DNA of 63,494 nt, the filler included, from Octopus bimaculoides (lineage: Eukaryota), in the NCBI RefSeq assembly GCF_001194135.2. It is 5 parts of 5 records of this genome, joined end to end, with 100 filler letters (N's around TTAATTAATTAA, not from the genome) between each part and the next. Parts side by side here need not be neighbours in the genome. Positions count along the whole stretch, not along the records: positions 30,513 to 58,576 come from NC_068991.1; 4 more parts are not named here. The stretch is one strand, 5' to 3'. Of this stretch, positions 39,900 through 53,737 are shown in pieces. The notes below the pieces were generated by a model that was not told the origin of the DNA, did no database searches, and was given only the letters and a program-made list of their open reading frames with translations. Position numbers and translations under genes: made by a program. Each line of letters starts with the position of its first letter. Position 1 is the stretch's first letter.

Positions 39900-40760
39900 C
39901 AGCAGCAGCAACAGCAACAGCAGTAACAACAACAACAACAACAACAACAACAAGCGTATGATTGGCAACTACAGCAGCTGTATCTGCTGGAACAACAACA
40001 GTAGCAATATTCGTAAAAACAACAACAGCAACAACAAAAACGATGACGACGTCGGCGACAACAACAATATTTGATGCATTAGCAACGACGGCAATGTTTG
40101 CACCTTCAATAGCAACGGTAACAACAATCGCAGCAATAGTAGCAACGACAGCAGCATCAAACACTTTAGCAACAAAATAGCAACGGCAACATCTGTGGTA
40201 ACAACAGTAGTAGCAACAACGATATGAAAAAAAACGTTAGCAGCAAAATAGTAACGGCAACGTTAACGACGACCGTAGCCCTAGCAATTGTTACAGCAAC
40301 GGCTAGATTCGCAACAGTCGAAACATCATCAGTGAAAACACAGAAAGCAGCGACGATAGCAACATCAACTGAAGCAACAACAACATTAATGACGACAACA
40401 ATCATAAGATATGCAACAGAAATAGCAACAGCAGTAACAACAATAAGTAACAGCAAAATTCCGAATTGCGTTCACAACAACATTCACAACAACAACAAAA
40501 ACTTTAATAATATACGTGTTTTATTAACTTTAGCAAGCAATGATAATAATAAAGAACAATAACAAAATTAGCAACAGAACAAGAAGGGCTACAACAAAAC
40601 TAACACCGGCATAAGCAACATCAATAACAACATGAACTGTAACAACAATGGCGGCAATTGTGACTTCAATAGTAGCAATTAAAAAGTGCCATAAACTTAA
40701 GAACAAAGACAGAAAAAGAAGTAGTAGTAGTTGTGGTGGTAGTAGTGGTGGTGGTGGTGG
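39900..40760. repeat. Cryptic (AAC/AGC/GAC)n trinucleotide low-complexity tract
   Basis: Degenerate acaaca/agcaac periodicity over about 850 bp. Confidence 0.85.
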
Positions 40761-41439
40761 TNNNNNNNNNNNNNNNNNNNNNNNNNNNNNNNNNNNNNNN
40801 NNNNNNNNNNNNNNNNNNNNNNNNNNNNNNNNNNNNNNNNNNNNNNNNNNNNNNNNNNNNNNNNNNNNNNNNNNNNNNNNNNNNNNNNNNNNNNNNNNNN
40901 NNNNNNNNNNNNNNNNNNNNNNNNNNNNNNNNNNNNNNNNNNNNNNNNNNNNNNNNNNNNNNNNNNNNNNNNNNNNNNNNNNNNNNNNNNNNNNNNNNNN
41001 NNNNNNNNNNNNNNNNNNNNNNNNNNNNNNNNNNNNNNNNNNNNNNNNNNNNNNNNNNNNNNNNNNNNNNNGTGGTGGTTGCAGCGTGCTGATGGAAAGT
41101 TTGTGGGAGTGGTGGTTAGAGGTGAGGTTAGTGGTCCTAGTAGTAGTAATGGTTGTGGTGATTAGAAGGTAGTGGTGGTATTTGTGGTGGTGGTGGTGGT
41201 GTGGAGGTGGTGGTACAGGAGGTAGAGTGGTGCTGGTAAGATAGTGGTTGTAGTGGTTTAAGTGCTACTAGTGGTAGTGGTTATGGCGACAGTGGTGGTG
41301 GTGGTGTTGGTGGTGGTTGTGGTGGTGGTCGTTGTCGTCATTCTGGAATCGCTGAGGTAAAAAAGAGATGAAGGGTTAGTAAATATAGAGTGGACAAAGT
41401 TACTGAGAGATGGAAATACGGACAGACAGACAGACTGCC

Positions 41440-41554
<115 letters not shown>

Positions 41555-41601
41555 CAGGCAGGTAGACAGACAGGTAGACAGACAGACAGACAAATGGAAA
41601 G

Positions 41602-41656
<55 letters not shown>

Positions 41657-41759
41657 GCAGTTCAGATTGGAAGTTCATACAAGCAAATGAAACGTGAGGG
41701 AAGGGCGAACACACACACACACACAGATACATACCTATCCACAGACTCGCACACAAATA

Positions 41760-41800
<41 letters not shown>

Positions 41801-42554
41801 NNNNNNNNNNNNNNNNNNNNNNNNNNNNNNNNNNNNNNNNNNNNNNNNNNNNNNNNNNNNNNNNNNNNNNNNNNNNNNNNNNNNNNNNNNNNNNNNNNNN
41901 NNNNNNNNNNNNNNNNNNNNNNNNNNNNNNNNNNNNNNNNNNNNNNNNNNNNNNNNNNNNNNNNNNNNNNNNNNNNNNNNNNNNNNNNNNNNNNNNNNNN
42001 NNNNNNNNNNNNNNNNNNNNNNNNNNNNNNNNNNNNNNNNNNNNNNNNNNNNNNNNNNNNNNNNNNNNNNNNNNNNNNNNNNNNNNNNNNNNNNNNNNNN
42101 NNNNNNNNNNNNNNNNNNNNNNNNNNNNNNNNNNNNNNNNNNNNNNNNNNNNNNNNNNNNNNNNNNNNNNNNNNNNNNNNNNNNNNNNNNNNNNNNNNNN
42201 NNNNNNNNNNNNNNNNNNNNNNNNNNNNNNNNNNNNNNNNNNNNNNNNNNNNNNNNNNNNNNNNNNNNNNNNNNNNNNNNNNNNNNNNNNNNNNNNNNNN
42301 NNNNNNNNNNNNNNNNNNNNNNNNNNNNNNNNNNNNNNNNNNNNNNNNNNNNNNNNNNNNNNNNNNNNNNNNNNNNNNNNNNNNNNNNNNNNNNNNNNNN
42401 NNNNNNNNNNNNNNNNNNNNNNNNNNNNNNNNNNNNNNNNNNNNNNNNNNNNNNNNNNNNNNNNNNNNNNNNNNNNNNNNNNNNNNNNNNNNNNNNNNNN
42501 NNNNNNNNNNNNNNNNNNNNNNNNNNNNNNNNNNNNNNNNNNNNNNNNNNNGTG

Positions 42555-42616
<62 letters not shown>

Positions 42617-42659
42617 GGTGGTGGTGGTGGCGGTGGTAATAGCTGCTGTTTCTTGAGTA

Positions 42660-42770
42660 ACGCTGCGATGGACTGGCGTCCCGTCCAGCTGGGGGGGACA
42701 CATACGCCATAGAAACCGAGAAACCGGGCTCATGAGCCTGGCTAGGCTTGAAAAGGGCGCATAAATAAAA
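42660..42770 (+). mobile_element. SINE/LINE 3'-tail fragment
   Basis: gctgcgatggactggcgtcccgtccag..agaaaccgagaaaccgggc resembles a tail common in L2-partnered SINEs. Confidence 0.4.
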
Positions 42771-43252
42771 TAAAAATTACATATAAGATGGTGTGTGTGT
42801 ATACGTTTACATACATACATGATTACATACTTATGAACATACATAACATATATACACACATACACACATCGAGAGAGAAGATGGATACTAAATGACTAAC
42901 TGAAACTTCGACATTATCATTCACTTATGTTCATCTGTCTTTTTTTTTTCCTTTCATCATCATCATCATAATCAGCAGCAACAGCAGCATCGTCGTCTTC
43001 GTCGTCATCATCATCATTATCATCTCTCTTTCTTACTCTCCCTCTCTCTTTCTCACACACACATCCTCTCTCTATGTGTGTGTGTGTATGAGTGAGTATT
43101 TATTATGTGTGCATATATATATGTGTGTGCGTTTGTTTGTGTGTGTGAGTGTGTGTATCTATATAATGGCATGCATGTATGTATACACACACGCGTGCAC
43201 TTACATAGTTATATATGAGCGTGATCTGGAAGGAGAAACGGACAGACAGACC

Positions 43253-43296
<44 letters not shown>

Positions 43297-43844
43297 TGGT
43301 AATAAAAAGATGACAGAGACAGGAAGATGAGGACGGACTCGAATAGAGAGAGAACGAGAATGATAGAGAAATAATAGATAGAATAATAGATAGAGAGATA
43401 GAATGAGAATGATAGATAGAGAAATAATTCTTTGTCTTGGCATATATATTCACCACAAGGGGAGAGAATGAGAAAGATGGTGGTATGAAGGTACATGAGG
43501 AGGTTTGAATGAATCATTGAAAGCGACCGTGTCTGGTAACAAGTGGAGTTGGGTGCAGAAAAAAGGATTGCTTAGATGTAGAGAGTAAACACAGATACAT
43601 AGAATGAGAGGGAGGATTAGTTAGAGAAGAAAAAGCATTGGAAGTTAAGTTGTATTAATCAACACGTGACGATGACGTCAACGAAAGAACTGCAGAGTGG
43701 GTGGGACAGGCAAAATAGTCATTGTTGCTATCATGTTTCTGCTTAACGGTTGTTGTCTGCAGAAACAGATTTTAATAATTCCTAAGACTGATTTTGATTG
43801 CTAGACTGTCGTCAAGCGGGAGCACCCCCTGTAAAGGTCTAGTT

Positions 43845-43930
43845 TAGTGTTTCTCAACCAGTTTTTGCCGAACCCCTTTGATTCTTACTTTATTCTAATG
43901 GGACATCCTAACAATTCGATATTTGAAATA
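43845..43930 (+). mobile_element. hAT (Charlie-type) terminal remnant
   Basis: ggtctagt target-like octamer followed by tagtgtttctcaacc (cf. CAGTGTTTCTCAAC). Confidence 0.4.
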
Positions 43931-44182
43931 TCAGACTATACTTCGGTATTGGTACACGGCGTCATTCCCACATACACCCCATGCCATAGATAAAGAGGCT
44001 AGGCTGAGAAAGGGAGTGATTTTCATAATTAAATATTATGCGGAATTGTATTAAAACATTGTTAAAATATATTGTGTATTGTAGAATTATAAACAATCAA
44101 TTACAGATAAATTTTAACAACAAAATCTTTTATGCTCCCTTAAGTGCCATATGGAGCTCTCTTGAAAACTATTGGTCTAGAT

Positions 44183-44290
44183 CAGACATTCCCAATGTGG
44201 GGCTATACGACCTACCATTGGGGCCCAGGAAAATTATGGTCGGGGAGGGGTTGGATATTTTTTTAAATTTTATTTTTAGTGGGGCATGGA
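44183..44290 (+). mobile_element. hAT (Charlie-type) terminal remnant
   Basis: gtctagat (NTCTAGAN) followed by cagacattcccaatgtggg. Confidence 0.4.
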
Positions 44291-44410
44291 CTTGTGAAAA
44301 ACTTCTTCATCACAGCAAACATAGTACACATATACTCAGCCTAACCAAACCAATCCTTCAGTCCAAGCATAATGTCTGAAGACTTTTTGCTATATTACAG
44401 CGTTATTCTA

Positions 44411-44565
44411 AGGCGGCGAGCTGGCAGAAACGTTAGCACGCCGGGCGAAATTCTTTGCGGTATTTCGTCTGCCGCTACGTTATAAGTTCAAATTCCACCG
44501 AGGTCGACTTGGCCTTTCATCCTTTCGGGGTTCGATAAATTAAGTACTAGATGCGTACTGGGGTT
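44411..44565 (+). mobile_element. SINE family B, well-conserved 5' part
   Basis: aggcggcgagctggcagaaacgttagcacgccgggcgaaa..gtcgacttggcctttcatcctttcgggg. Confidence 0.85.
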
Positions 44566-44669
44566 TTCTTGTGATTTACCTTGCATTTACTTCACATTGT
44601 TTTGGCCTTACCCACGATCTTTTATACAATATATTCTACACAATGCTTCATAGAGATTATTTCATAGTA

Positions 44670-44705
<36 letters not shown>

Positions 44706-44738
44706 ATGTGTGTGTTTGTGTGTCTGTATACATATATG

Positions 44739-44779
<41 letters not shown>

Positions 44780-44784
44780 CTGTG

Positions 44785-45372
44785 TGGTCTGATCAATAAG
44801 TATCCGGACTGTGGCTATAATAACGAAACTAAAAAACGGAGAGTGAAGCCGCTGGGTAAAGATTGACCTTAAACACTGTTGTGCATGCGCACTAGGTGTT
44901 AGCGTTCTAACTCACTTGCACTGTTTACAGCAGTACTTGGAAGGAATATGTGTAGCGCGAGATTGTCGCATTGACCATGAGAGAGGAAGCTGAGCAGAAA
45001 CTGCAGCAAATTTTGCAAAATCTTAGCGATACCTGCTCGAACCCCTACGCAAAGTTTTCAGAAAGTTTTCATCGATCTCGACACAATTAAGGAGATCTTA
45101 TACAACTGAAACCAGAGTGTATTTTTGGTCAGCTGATAGCAGTTTTGGCACAAATTTGGCAGACACATGTCTCATACAGGGATAATGGACTGAACTGAAC
45201 CATAACTAATCTGCACATCCTCTGATAACTCATGGATGGTGATTCGACGATGTCCCCTCACAGTTGCACGCATATCTCTGATCTTATCCTTAGTTCTGCT
45301 AGTCGCAGGGCCCCCAGAACGTTCATCAATATCGACATATTTCGGCAATCTTGGAATCTTCCTAACCTTTAT
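44785..45372. mobile_element. mariner remnant with internal inversion
   Basis: + strand 44785-45054: TIR ggtctgatcaataagtatccggact and an N-terminus like MxExxEQRxCxKFCQxLxDTCSxxYAK; minus strand 45055-45372: DERSGGPATSR..RRITIHELSEDVQISYGSVQSI..VSAKFVPKLLSADQK. Confidence 0.8.
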
Positions 45373-45386
45373 TACACACACACACA

Positions 45387-45433
<47 letters not shown>

Positions 45434-45494
45434 AAACACACACACACACACGCATATATATATATATACGTGTATATATATATATATATACATA

Positions 45495-45660
45495 AGGAGA
45501 ATTCACAAAAAGACAACAGGCGAAGACAGGTGGTGTTGAAAATAAATAGATGTATTAGCATAACGCTCGGGAATTGAGAAAGTCTTTAACGTTTCGAGCC
45601 TACGCTCTTCGATAGAAAGGAACACAGAAAGAAACAAGGCGAGAAATAAGGAGAGAAAAA
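45495..45660 (-). mobile_element. Penelope-like terminal repeat fragment, second copy
   Basis: Homologous to 32244-32380. Confidence 0.55.
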
Positions 45661-46374
45661 AATGAGAGAAAAAAGGAGAGAACAGGATTATAAGTATTAT
45701 CATTAACTTTTGAATTATGAAATAATGTATTTCACTCATAATTATTATATTATTTGTTAAATTAAATCCAATCGTGTTTTGTTTTGGAGAGAATTGAATA
45801 TAAAGCTTTCACTTTTTTATTATAGTAGTAACTATGGAAGACTGATCGGATTATTATTTGTATGCACTTAAAGATTGGCGTATAATTCAGTTATTGTAGA
45901 TTTACTCTTAATACCGATTACTGGTGTACTTAGGTTTATGTGTTTCTTTGTTTTAGTTTGATTTTAAAGTTAGTGTTCAATCCTGCTTATATTTAGATTG
46001 AATGTATGTAGTTATTAAGCTTTCACTTTTATATTATGCAGCGGAAGACTGTAGGGAATATTTTTGTATGACTTAAAGGTTTGGTCGCTGTTTAGTTACA
46101 TATTTAAGAGTTGGTTATAGATTTTACATATAGAATTTATTTACTGATACTGTTGTACATAAGGTAAATGTGTTTGAAAGTTGTGGTTCTTTTGGTATGT
46201 TTGTTCCCAAACAATACTTATTTGAGTGCCGTTGACACCGTCGGATTGAATGGTACTTCCCAGGTGTCGAAACCATGAGGATATCTGTGGGGCAGCAGAT
46301 GATTGAGGTATGTTGGATTGCTGGTATGGCTGTTTTTGTATATGTTGAATAGTGTTATAACACACCCTTTTGAG

Positions 46375-46443
<69 letters not shown>

Positions 46444-47004
46444 AATGTATATGTATATAGATATATATGTATTAGTATGTTTATGTTTGAGAACATTTTA
46501 AATTGATATTTATGTTCACAATGGCGTGCCTGTAAAGACAAAGGGCGCTCAGGAAAGAATATGTATTGGATAAAGGCTTTAAATTATACAAAATGTTTTC
46601 TTCATTCAATCAGCTTTGTTCGGTCACAATTGCTAAAAGAGAACTTTGCAGAAACCTAATGTCTCAGAGTATTGATTTAATCCGTTATCTTCTCGAAAAT
46701 TTGTATATTATTACTTGCAGAAAAGACTGTATTGTTGATGTTCAATGTTTCTTGAAAGAAAGGGGTTAATTATTCTAAGAACAAGAATAACTTACTTTAA
46801 TCCTATTTTTATTGAAAGAATTATGTTCTCTCTAAATCAAATGCTTTTATTATTAATCCGATTTCGATTACAAGAATCATGTTATCTCTGTTTTACCGGA
46901 AACTCTGTGCACGGACGTTTAAGCAAAAAACTGGATTATAAACGCTACTTCGTTTATTTTTATTCCAGGAAAATTTAGTACGTTTTTTATCTGTAATATA
47001 ATTA

Positions 47005-48350
47005 CACTGGTCAACAAAATTGTATTATACTCATTATGAATGCCAACCAACTTTTTTTAGACTAAATTTCTTATGCTGATTTCAAAATTGCACTCCATTT
47101 GTATGCAGCACGTATCAGTATTCCAATAGGTACATGCAAATATTTACATATTTGTAGATATGAAATCATTAACGTAATAAATAAGGACATATTATTTTTA
47201 GAAAGTAAATGAGTTTATTGAGTTAAATTTCATCATTATCATTTTACAAAGAGCGAATACACATATTTTCCATGAGTATCTTTCATAGGCAATGGCATGA
47301 AGTAAAAGTTCCCTATTCTCATATGATTCATGAAGATGAATGGAGTGTGCAATAAGAATGGAGGGCTTCAAATTACCATTATGAAGATGTACATCTTTTA
47401 ATTTTCGTTTTGAAGAGTCAATAAACAAACGCCACTCTGCAGGATCATAATTTAGTGATAAACATTCGAAAGGTCCATCGATGTTACTGCAAAATCAAAG
47501 CAGGCCTTCAACAGAAAAACATGTTTGTAGAACTACATTTCTCTGCCGAAAATACGTGATATGAACACCGTGCTCTAGCAGATACCTCTCCTTCAGTTTT
47601 GATGCCATCAGTTCTGCTTTATCTTTTGACAGGGATAGGTCTCTGACAAGGTCATTCGGTTCAGCTTGGGAAAATTTCTAAGGTTCAAAGCTATTGTCAT
47701 CAGCCACATAATATTCTTCAGCAGCACTATCGTGACAGTCAGCATCGTCATCTGATGTTTCAATGCCACCATCTGGTGGAACTGGAATTGATAGACTTCC
47801 ATTGTGAGGCACAGGTATCATTGCAGAATCCAAATTTAGATACACAATTTTGTGCTTATTCGTCATAGAAACTCCTGTGATATTTACTTTGCAAAAATAA
47901 AAGTCATTAAAATGGTCTTTCGGCTTCCTCCAAATCATTGGAATGGCAAAAGGCATGGACTTCATCTTATTATTGAACCAGTCACATAAGCCACTTGAGC
48001 AAGCTGAGCAGATAAAATATGGGGCCTATAACTTGTCCTGATCTTCAAGATGACAATCAAAGTATAGCTTATAAATCTTCCGGATCTCTGGTGTTATTGT
48101 ACGTTTTTGAGCTTTCACAATAAATTGTCCATAAGCATAACAAAACACATCAGGACAATTTCTACACTGTCTTGACATTGTTAGCACTGTAAAACAAGCA
48201 AGGAAATAGATACAAACGGTTATACTTATATTGAATTTGAGATGATGAAATATTTCATCAGACCAATCATGACTGGACAATTTGAGATGTTTGAAATACC
48301 TATTTCATCAGACAAAACTTGATTGGCTGATTTAAGAGGATGAAATATTC
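47005..48350 (-). mobile_element. Chapaev3-like (CMC) DNA transposon, internally deleted
   Basis: Terminus cactggtcaacaaaattg preceded by TTA (CAC end, TWA target); transposase MSRQCRNCPDVFCYAYG..DQDKL*APYFICSAC..MPFAIPMIWRKPKDH..CKV..DLVRDLSLSK..EWRLFIDSSKRKLK..HNGN; other terminus not recognised. Confidence 0.7.
47255..48178 (-). pseudogene. Disrupted Chapaev3-like transposase (N-terminal zinc-finger region to first catalytic D)
   Basis: ATG at 48178; stops split it into track ORFs 48026-48280, 47678-47965 and 47198-47428; C-terminal half missing. Confidence 0.75.
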
Positions 48351-48469
48351 CATCTGAACTATGCAGCAATGAATAATGTAGATTATTTTAAAGGTATGTT
48401 TTCCATGATGTAAATGAAATACATGCATCCACGCAGGAGTGGCTGTGTAGTATGTAGCTTGCTTACCTG

Positions 48470-48559
48470 AGGGTTCATATTGCATTTTATCGGATCCACG
48501 CAGAAAAATATTAAATTAGGGATCCACAAGAATATTTTAAGGCCCCTGAAAAAATGTTG

Positions 48560-48597
<38 letters not shown>

Positions 48598-48799
48598 ATG
48601 TGTATTGCAAGAAACAGTTAGGTTACTTTATCTGACATTTTACGTATTTCAACATACATTAAATGTGTGGGGGGAAAATGGGATTTTAAAAGAAGTTTCT
48701 ATAAAAATAGACTTTAAATATCGAATTGATATGGTGGTTCACTAGAATAACATAATAATCAAAAGGGGTCCATAGATAACAAATAGTTGAAAACCCCTG
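48470..48799. mobile_element. hAT-type MITE remnant
   Basis: Ends ggggtccatagataacaaatagttgaaaacccctg (cf. reverse complement of CAGGGGTTCTCAAC); gggatccac motifs; internal (TA)n. Confidence 0.4.
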
Positions 48800-49488
48800 A
48801 AATCGTATTTGTATGCTGCATACACATATACATAGCAATGAAACGTGTTTATATATTAAATATACATACAAGTATATCCATATATATAATTACATATAGG
48901 GAGACACTGAATCATTCACATAATCATATATCTCAAGATCTATGTTAACTCAAACAGAAAAAGCCATGACACTTTGTTATTGACCGCGGTGAACTCTGCA
49001 AGGAACTTGAACATATCTCAAGGAAGATACATACATGCATAACGCATATATGTAAGAATATACACACTTACACATGTATAGATACGGGTATTTGCATATA
49101 TATTCAAACAATAATATTTGTACATATCTAAATAACAGATTACCAAATTCATAGTTATGTTTATATGTACGCATATATACGAGTAAGGATATATCCAAAT
49201 GCGCATACGTATATCTATACATAATACATACATGCATAAACATACACATTTACATAATATGAAATTTATGAGCACCTATCCATACATACATACATACATA
49301 CATACATACATACAAACATACATACAAAAATATGACATACATACAAACATTGATATACGAAAGCATTATTTATACACGGTACATGCATATAAACTTACAT
49401 ACACATTAAAAATTCATGCATATATGTGCGTGTGTATCTATGCATGTATGATGCTCTATGTGATTTTACGTGAGCCATTTGCTTGTAC

Positions 49489-49522
<34 letters not shown>

Positions 49523-49801
49523 GTATGTATATATACACATACATACATACATACATATATATACTCATATATACACACATATGTACATGCATGCAAACAT
49601 ATTTATATACACATTCATATGTAACATACATACACAGATACATACATATATATGCACACACACACAAACACACACATATAATATGCACACACATATATAC
49701 ACACACATACATTCATTCATACACAGGTATGCGTTCATACGTGCACACATACTTAGACACATTTACGTACAGACATATATACTTGCATGTATATATACAT
49801 G

Positions 49802-49902
<101 letters not shown>

Positions 49903-50289
49903 ATACACACATACGCATACATATATATATATACATACACACGCATGCATACTTATGCACATACATAAATCTATCCATGCATACACACATGTATACACAC
50001 ATGCATACACACATACATAACATAACATAATGTTACATACATACATACTTATGCACATACATAAATCTATACATGCATGTATACATAAATACATGCATAC
50101 ATATATATATATATCCATACACATATATGCATACACACATAACATAACATAAACAAACATACATACACACACATACATACACGCCCTGACACATGCATAC
50201 TGACGCACACACATAAATCTATCCATGCATGCATGCATACATACAAGCATGCATACATACATTCATACATACATGCATACATAACACAC

Positions 50290-50590
50290 ATAAATCACCT
50301 TCAAAACCAATTTATTTGGTCGAAGCTGGAAGTTTCGTTCAACGCTCCGCCATTACTGATCATGTTGTCTCACTCAAGTGTGATGCAACATAAGACAATT
50401 TCGAAAGTCTGGCTGAACTATAAATGACAGGTGATTATTCTTCCAGCAGATTCCTTAATCTCTCACAAATTAGTTCTTTATTATCAGAACTGAGAGTCCA
50501 ATATAATTGATTTATCCTTTAATTCAAGAACGTATCACATTCTAGATTCTGTATTCTTCAAACCAAAGCAACGGTGCTAATTTCTTTCCC
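50290..50590 (-). mobile_element. Possible Penelope-like ORF N-terminal remnant
   Basis: PHGKEISTVALV*RIQNLECDTFLN loosely resembles the PLE LxCDIxFLxxC motif; many stops. Confidence 0.3.
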
Positions 50591-50798
50591 ATGAGGTTTG
50601 CTATTGATAAATACATACATGCATATATACTCACATATATACATTCATACATACACACATACATACACACATACACACAATCATACCTACATATATACAT
50701 AAATAAATAGATACATACATACATGCATACATTCATACCAACACACATACAAACATGAATATTGTGTATACAGTTATACATATGTATGGACATACATA

Positions 50799-50839
<41 letters not shown>

Positions 50840-51277
50840 NNNNNNNNNNNNNNNNNNNNNNNNNNNNNNNNNNNNNNNNNNNNNNNNNNNNNNNNNNNNN
50901 NNNNNNNNNNNNNNNNNNNNNNNNNNNNNNNNNNNNNNNNNNNNNNNNNNNNNNNNNNNNNNNNNNNNNNNNNNNNNNNNNNNNNNNNNNNNNNNNNNNN
51001 NNNNNNNNNNNNNNNNNNNNNNNNNNNNNNNNNNNNNNNNNNNNNNNNNNNNNNNNNNNNNNNNNNNNNNNNNNNNNNNNNNNNNNNNNNNNNNNNNNNN
51101 NNNNNNNNNNNNNNNNNNNNNNNNNNNNNNNNNNNNNNNNNNNNNNNNNNNNNNNNNNNNNNNNNNNNNNNNNNNNNNNNNNNNNNNNNNNNNNNNNNNN
51201 NNNNNNNNNNNNNNNNNNNNNNNNNNNNNNNNNNNNNNNNNNNNNNNNNNNNNNNNNNNNNNNNNNNNNNNNNNNNN

Positions 51278-51324
<47 letters not shown>

Positions 51325-52089
51325 GAGAGACAGAGAGAGAGATACAGAGAGAGACAGAGAGAGACAGAGAGAGACAGAGATATACATACATAGATAGATA
51401 CATACATACATACATACATACATGCATACATACATACACAGATACATGCAAGAATAGAAGCAGATATGAATATATATATATCTATATATGTATATATATG
51501 TGTGTGTGTGTGTTTGTCTGTGTCTGTGTATATGTGTGTGTGTGTCTGTGTATCTATGTGTGTGCCTATGTGCATATATATATATATGTATACATATACA
51601 TATATATATACACATATATATACACACACATTATATATACACTCACGCACACACACACACACACACACACATTCATATACGTTGATGCACTAGCATACGT
51701 AACAGTATGGATGTTTTTGCTTTGTATTTTTTATTTCATTTTTTTTTTCGAATTACTCACCAATAGAATTACAGTCGCTTTTGAACCAGCGACAAAAAAT
51801 TTACCTCATTATATGCGTGTGTATAAGTTTTCATGTGTGTATAATGCATGTAGCTATTTATTTATGCAGATATGCATTCATACTCGTACGCACGTGTATA
51901 GAAATACTTACAAACATTCACACGTATACATACGCACACGCAAATATGATTACCCTCATATATGTGATGGCATTTATCGACCTTGATTGATGAAAATATG
52001 AGGACAGTACCTGTCATGACTTGTAGCAGCTGTCTCTTAGGTGTTTTTGTTTTGTTTCTGGTTTCCTATTCTCAAGCTTCTCAAGAACT

Positions 52090-52284
52090 GTTCTAAGGCA
52101 GTTAGTCAAAAATCCTTAAATCTAAAACTAATTTTACTAAGGCAGTTAGTCCATAAATCTAAAACTAATTGTTCTAAGACAGTTAGTCCCTAAATCTAAA
52201 ACTAATTGTTCCATGGCAGTTAGTCAAAAATCCCTAAATCTAAAACTAATTGTACTAAGGCAGTTAGTTCCTAAATCGACAACT
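52090..52284. repeat. Minisatellite, 5 units of 37 or 44 bp
   Basis: gttctaaggcagttagtc(aaaaatc)cctaaatctaaaactaatt; units 1 and 4 carry the 7-bp insert. Confidence 0.9.
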
Positions 52285-52632
52285 AAAATATGGATAGAGT
52301 GCAGATTTCTCCTCGGTTCCTCCCTAAGCTGTTTTCTTTTTCACTGATCTTTCACATTATGTACGTGTGTATGGACGTATATATATGCATGTATGTATAA
52401 ATCACTATAAATAGATTATTCTAAATATAAACATTAAAGGCGCTGAGCTGACAGAATATTTTTAGCATCCTGAACCGAGAAGTTTAGCTTTGGAGGCAGT
52501 GCTACGGACAGCGGATTTCTGAAAACTCCAAGGAGGTTATCCACTCCTGAAACCGTTGTTCTAAATAAGCAGATAATCCTCAAATTTCTGCCTCAGTATT
52601 CCATTCTCTCTCTCAACATCCCCCTCTCTCTC

Positions 52633-52719
<87 letters not shown>

Positions 52720-53261
52720 ACCAACCTATCTATCTATCTATCTATCTATGTATCTATCTATCTATCTAGCTAGCTAGCTAGCTATCTAGCTATCTATCTG
52801 ACGAACGATAAATGTCTGAGACACTATAATTTACACTTCTTATATCTATTAATCTCATCGGAGTTCCTTACACACTTTAAATAAGTTCTTTCAGGCTTGA
52901 GACTCTACGATTTCAGTGAAGTATAAACAAAAATATGAACGACAAATCACATACGTGAAATATTACATAAACTTTATGAAATTTCGGGAACGAACAGTCA
53001 AGTCGCAAAATAAAGAAACCGGAAAGTTTAGATATTTTTTTAACACATCCGTGCATCCATATATATCTTATACTCCGTTATTTATCATCCAATTTCTAAT
53101 TCTTGTCTTTCTTCTTCTTTTTCTTTTTCTTTTTATTTTTTTCTCATTTAAATATTAATATATTTCTACGTTGAAAGTTTGCCATCGGGCAAGAAATGAT
53201 ATATTACATAAAGATATCGCAATAATCTTGGCACCTTTATATTACCCGATCAGTTTTTTTT

Positions 53262-53445
53262 ATTTCTTCTTCTTCTTCTTCTTCTTCTTCTTCTTCTTCT
53301 TCTTCTTCTTCTTCTTCTTCTTCTTCTCCTTCTTCTTCTCCTTCTTCTTCTCCTCCTCCTCCTCCTCCTATTCCTCCTCCTATTCCTCCTCCTCCTCCTC
53401 CTTCTTCTTCTTCTTCTTCTTCTTCTTCTTCTTCTTCTTCTTCTT

Positions 53446-53496
<51 letters not shown>

Positions 53497-53692
53497 GTTA
53501 TTATTATTATTATTATTATTATTAATATTATTATTATCATTATTATTATTATTATTATTGTACTTCTTTCGTTATTTTTGTTGTTGTTGTTGGTCTTATT
53601 ACTATTATTACTATAATTTTTGCTATTCTTCTTCTTATGATTATTATTATTATTACTATTATTATTATTATTAGTAGTAGTAGTAGTAGTAA

Positions 53693-53737
<45 letters not shown>

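Noticed and set aside
39962-40562. Thr/Ala-rich mucin-like ORFs
   Set aside because: Several frames on both strands are open because of cryptic AAC/AGC periodicity; no signal peptide, splice support or non-repetitive domain
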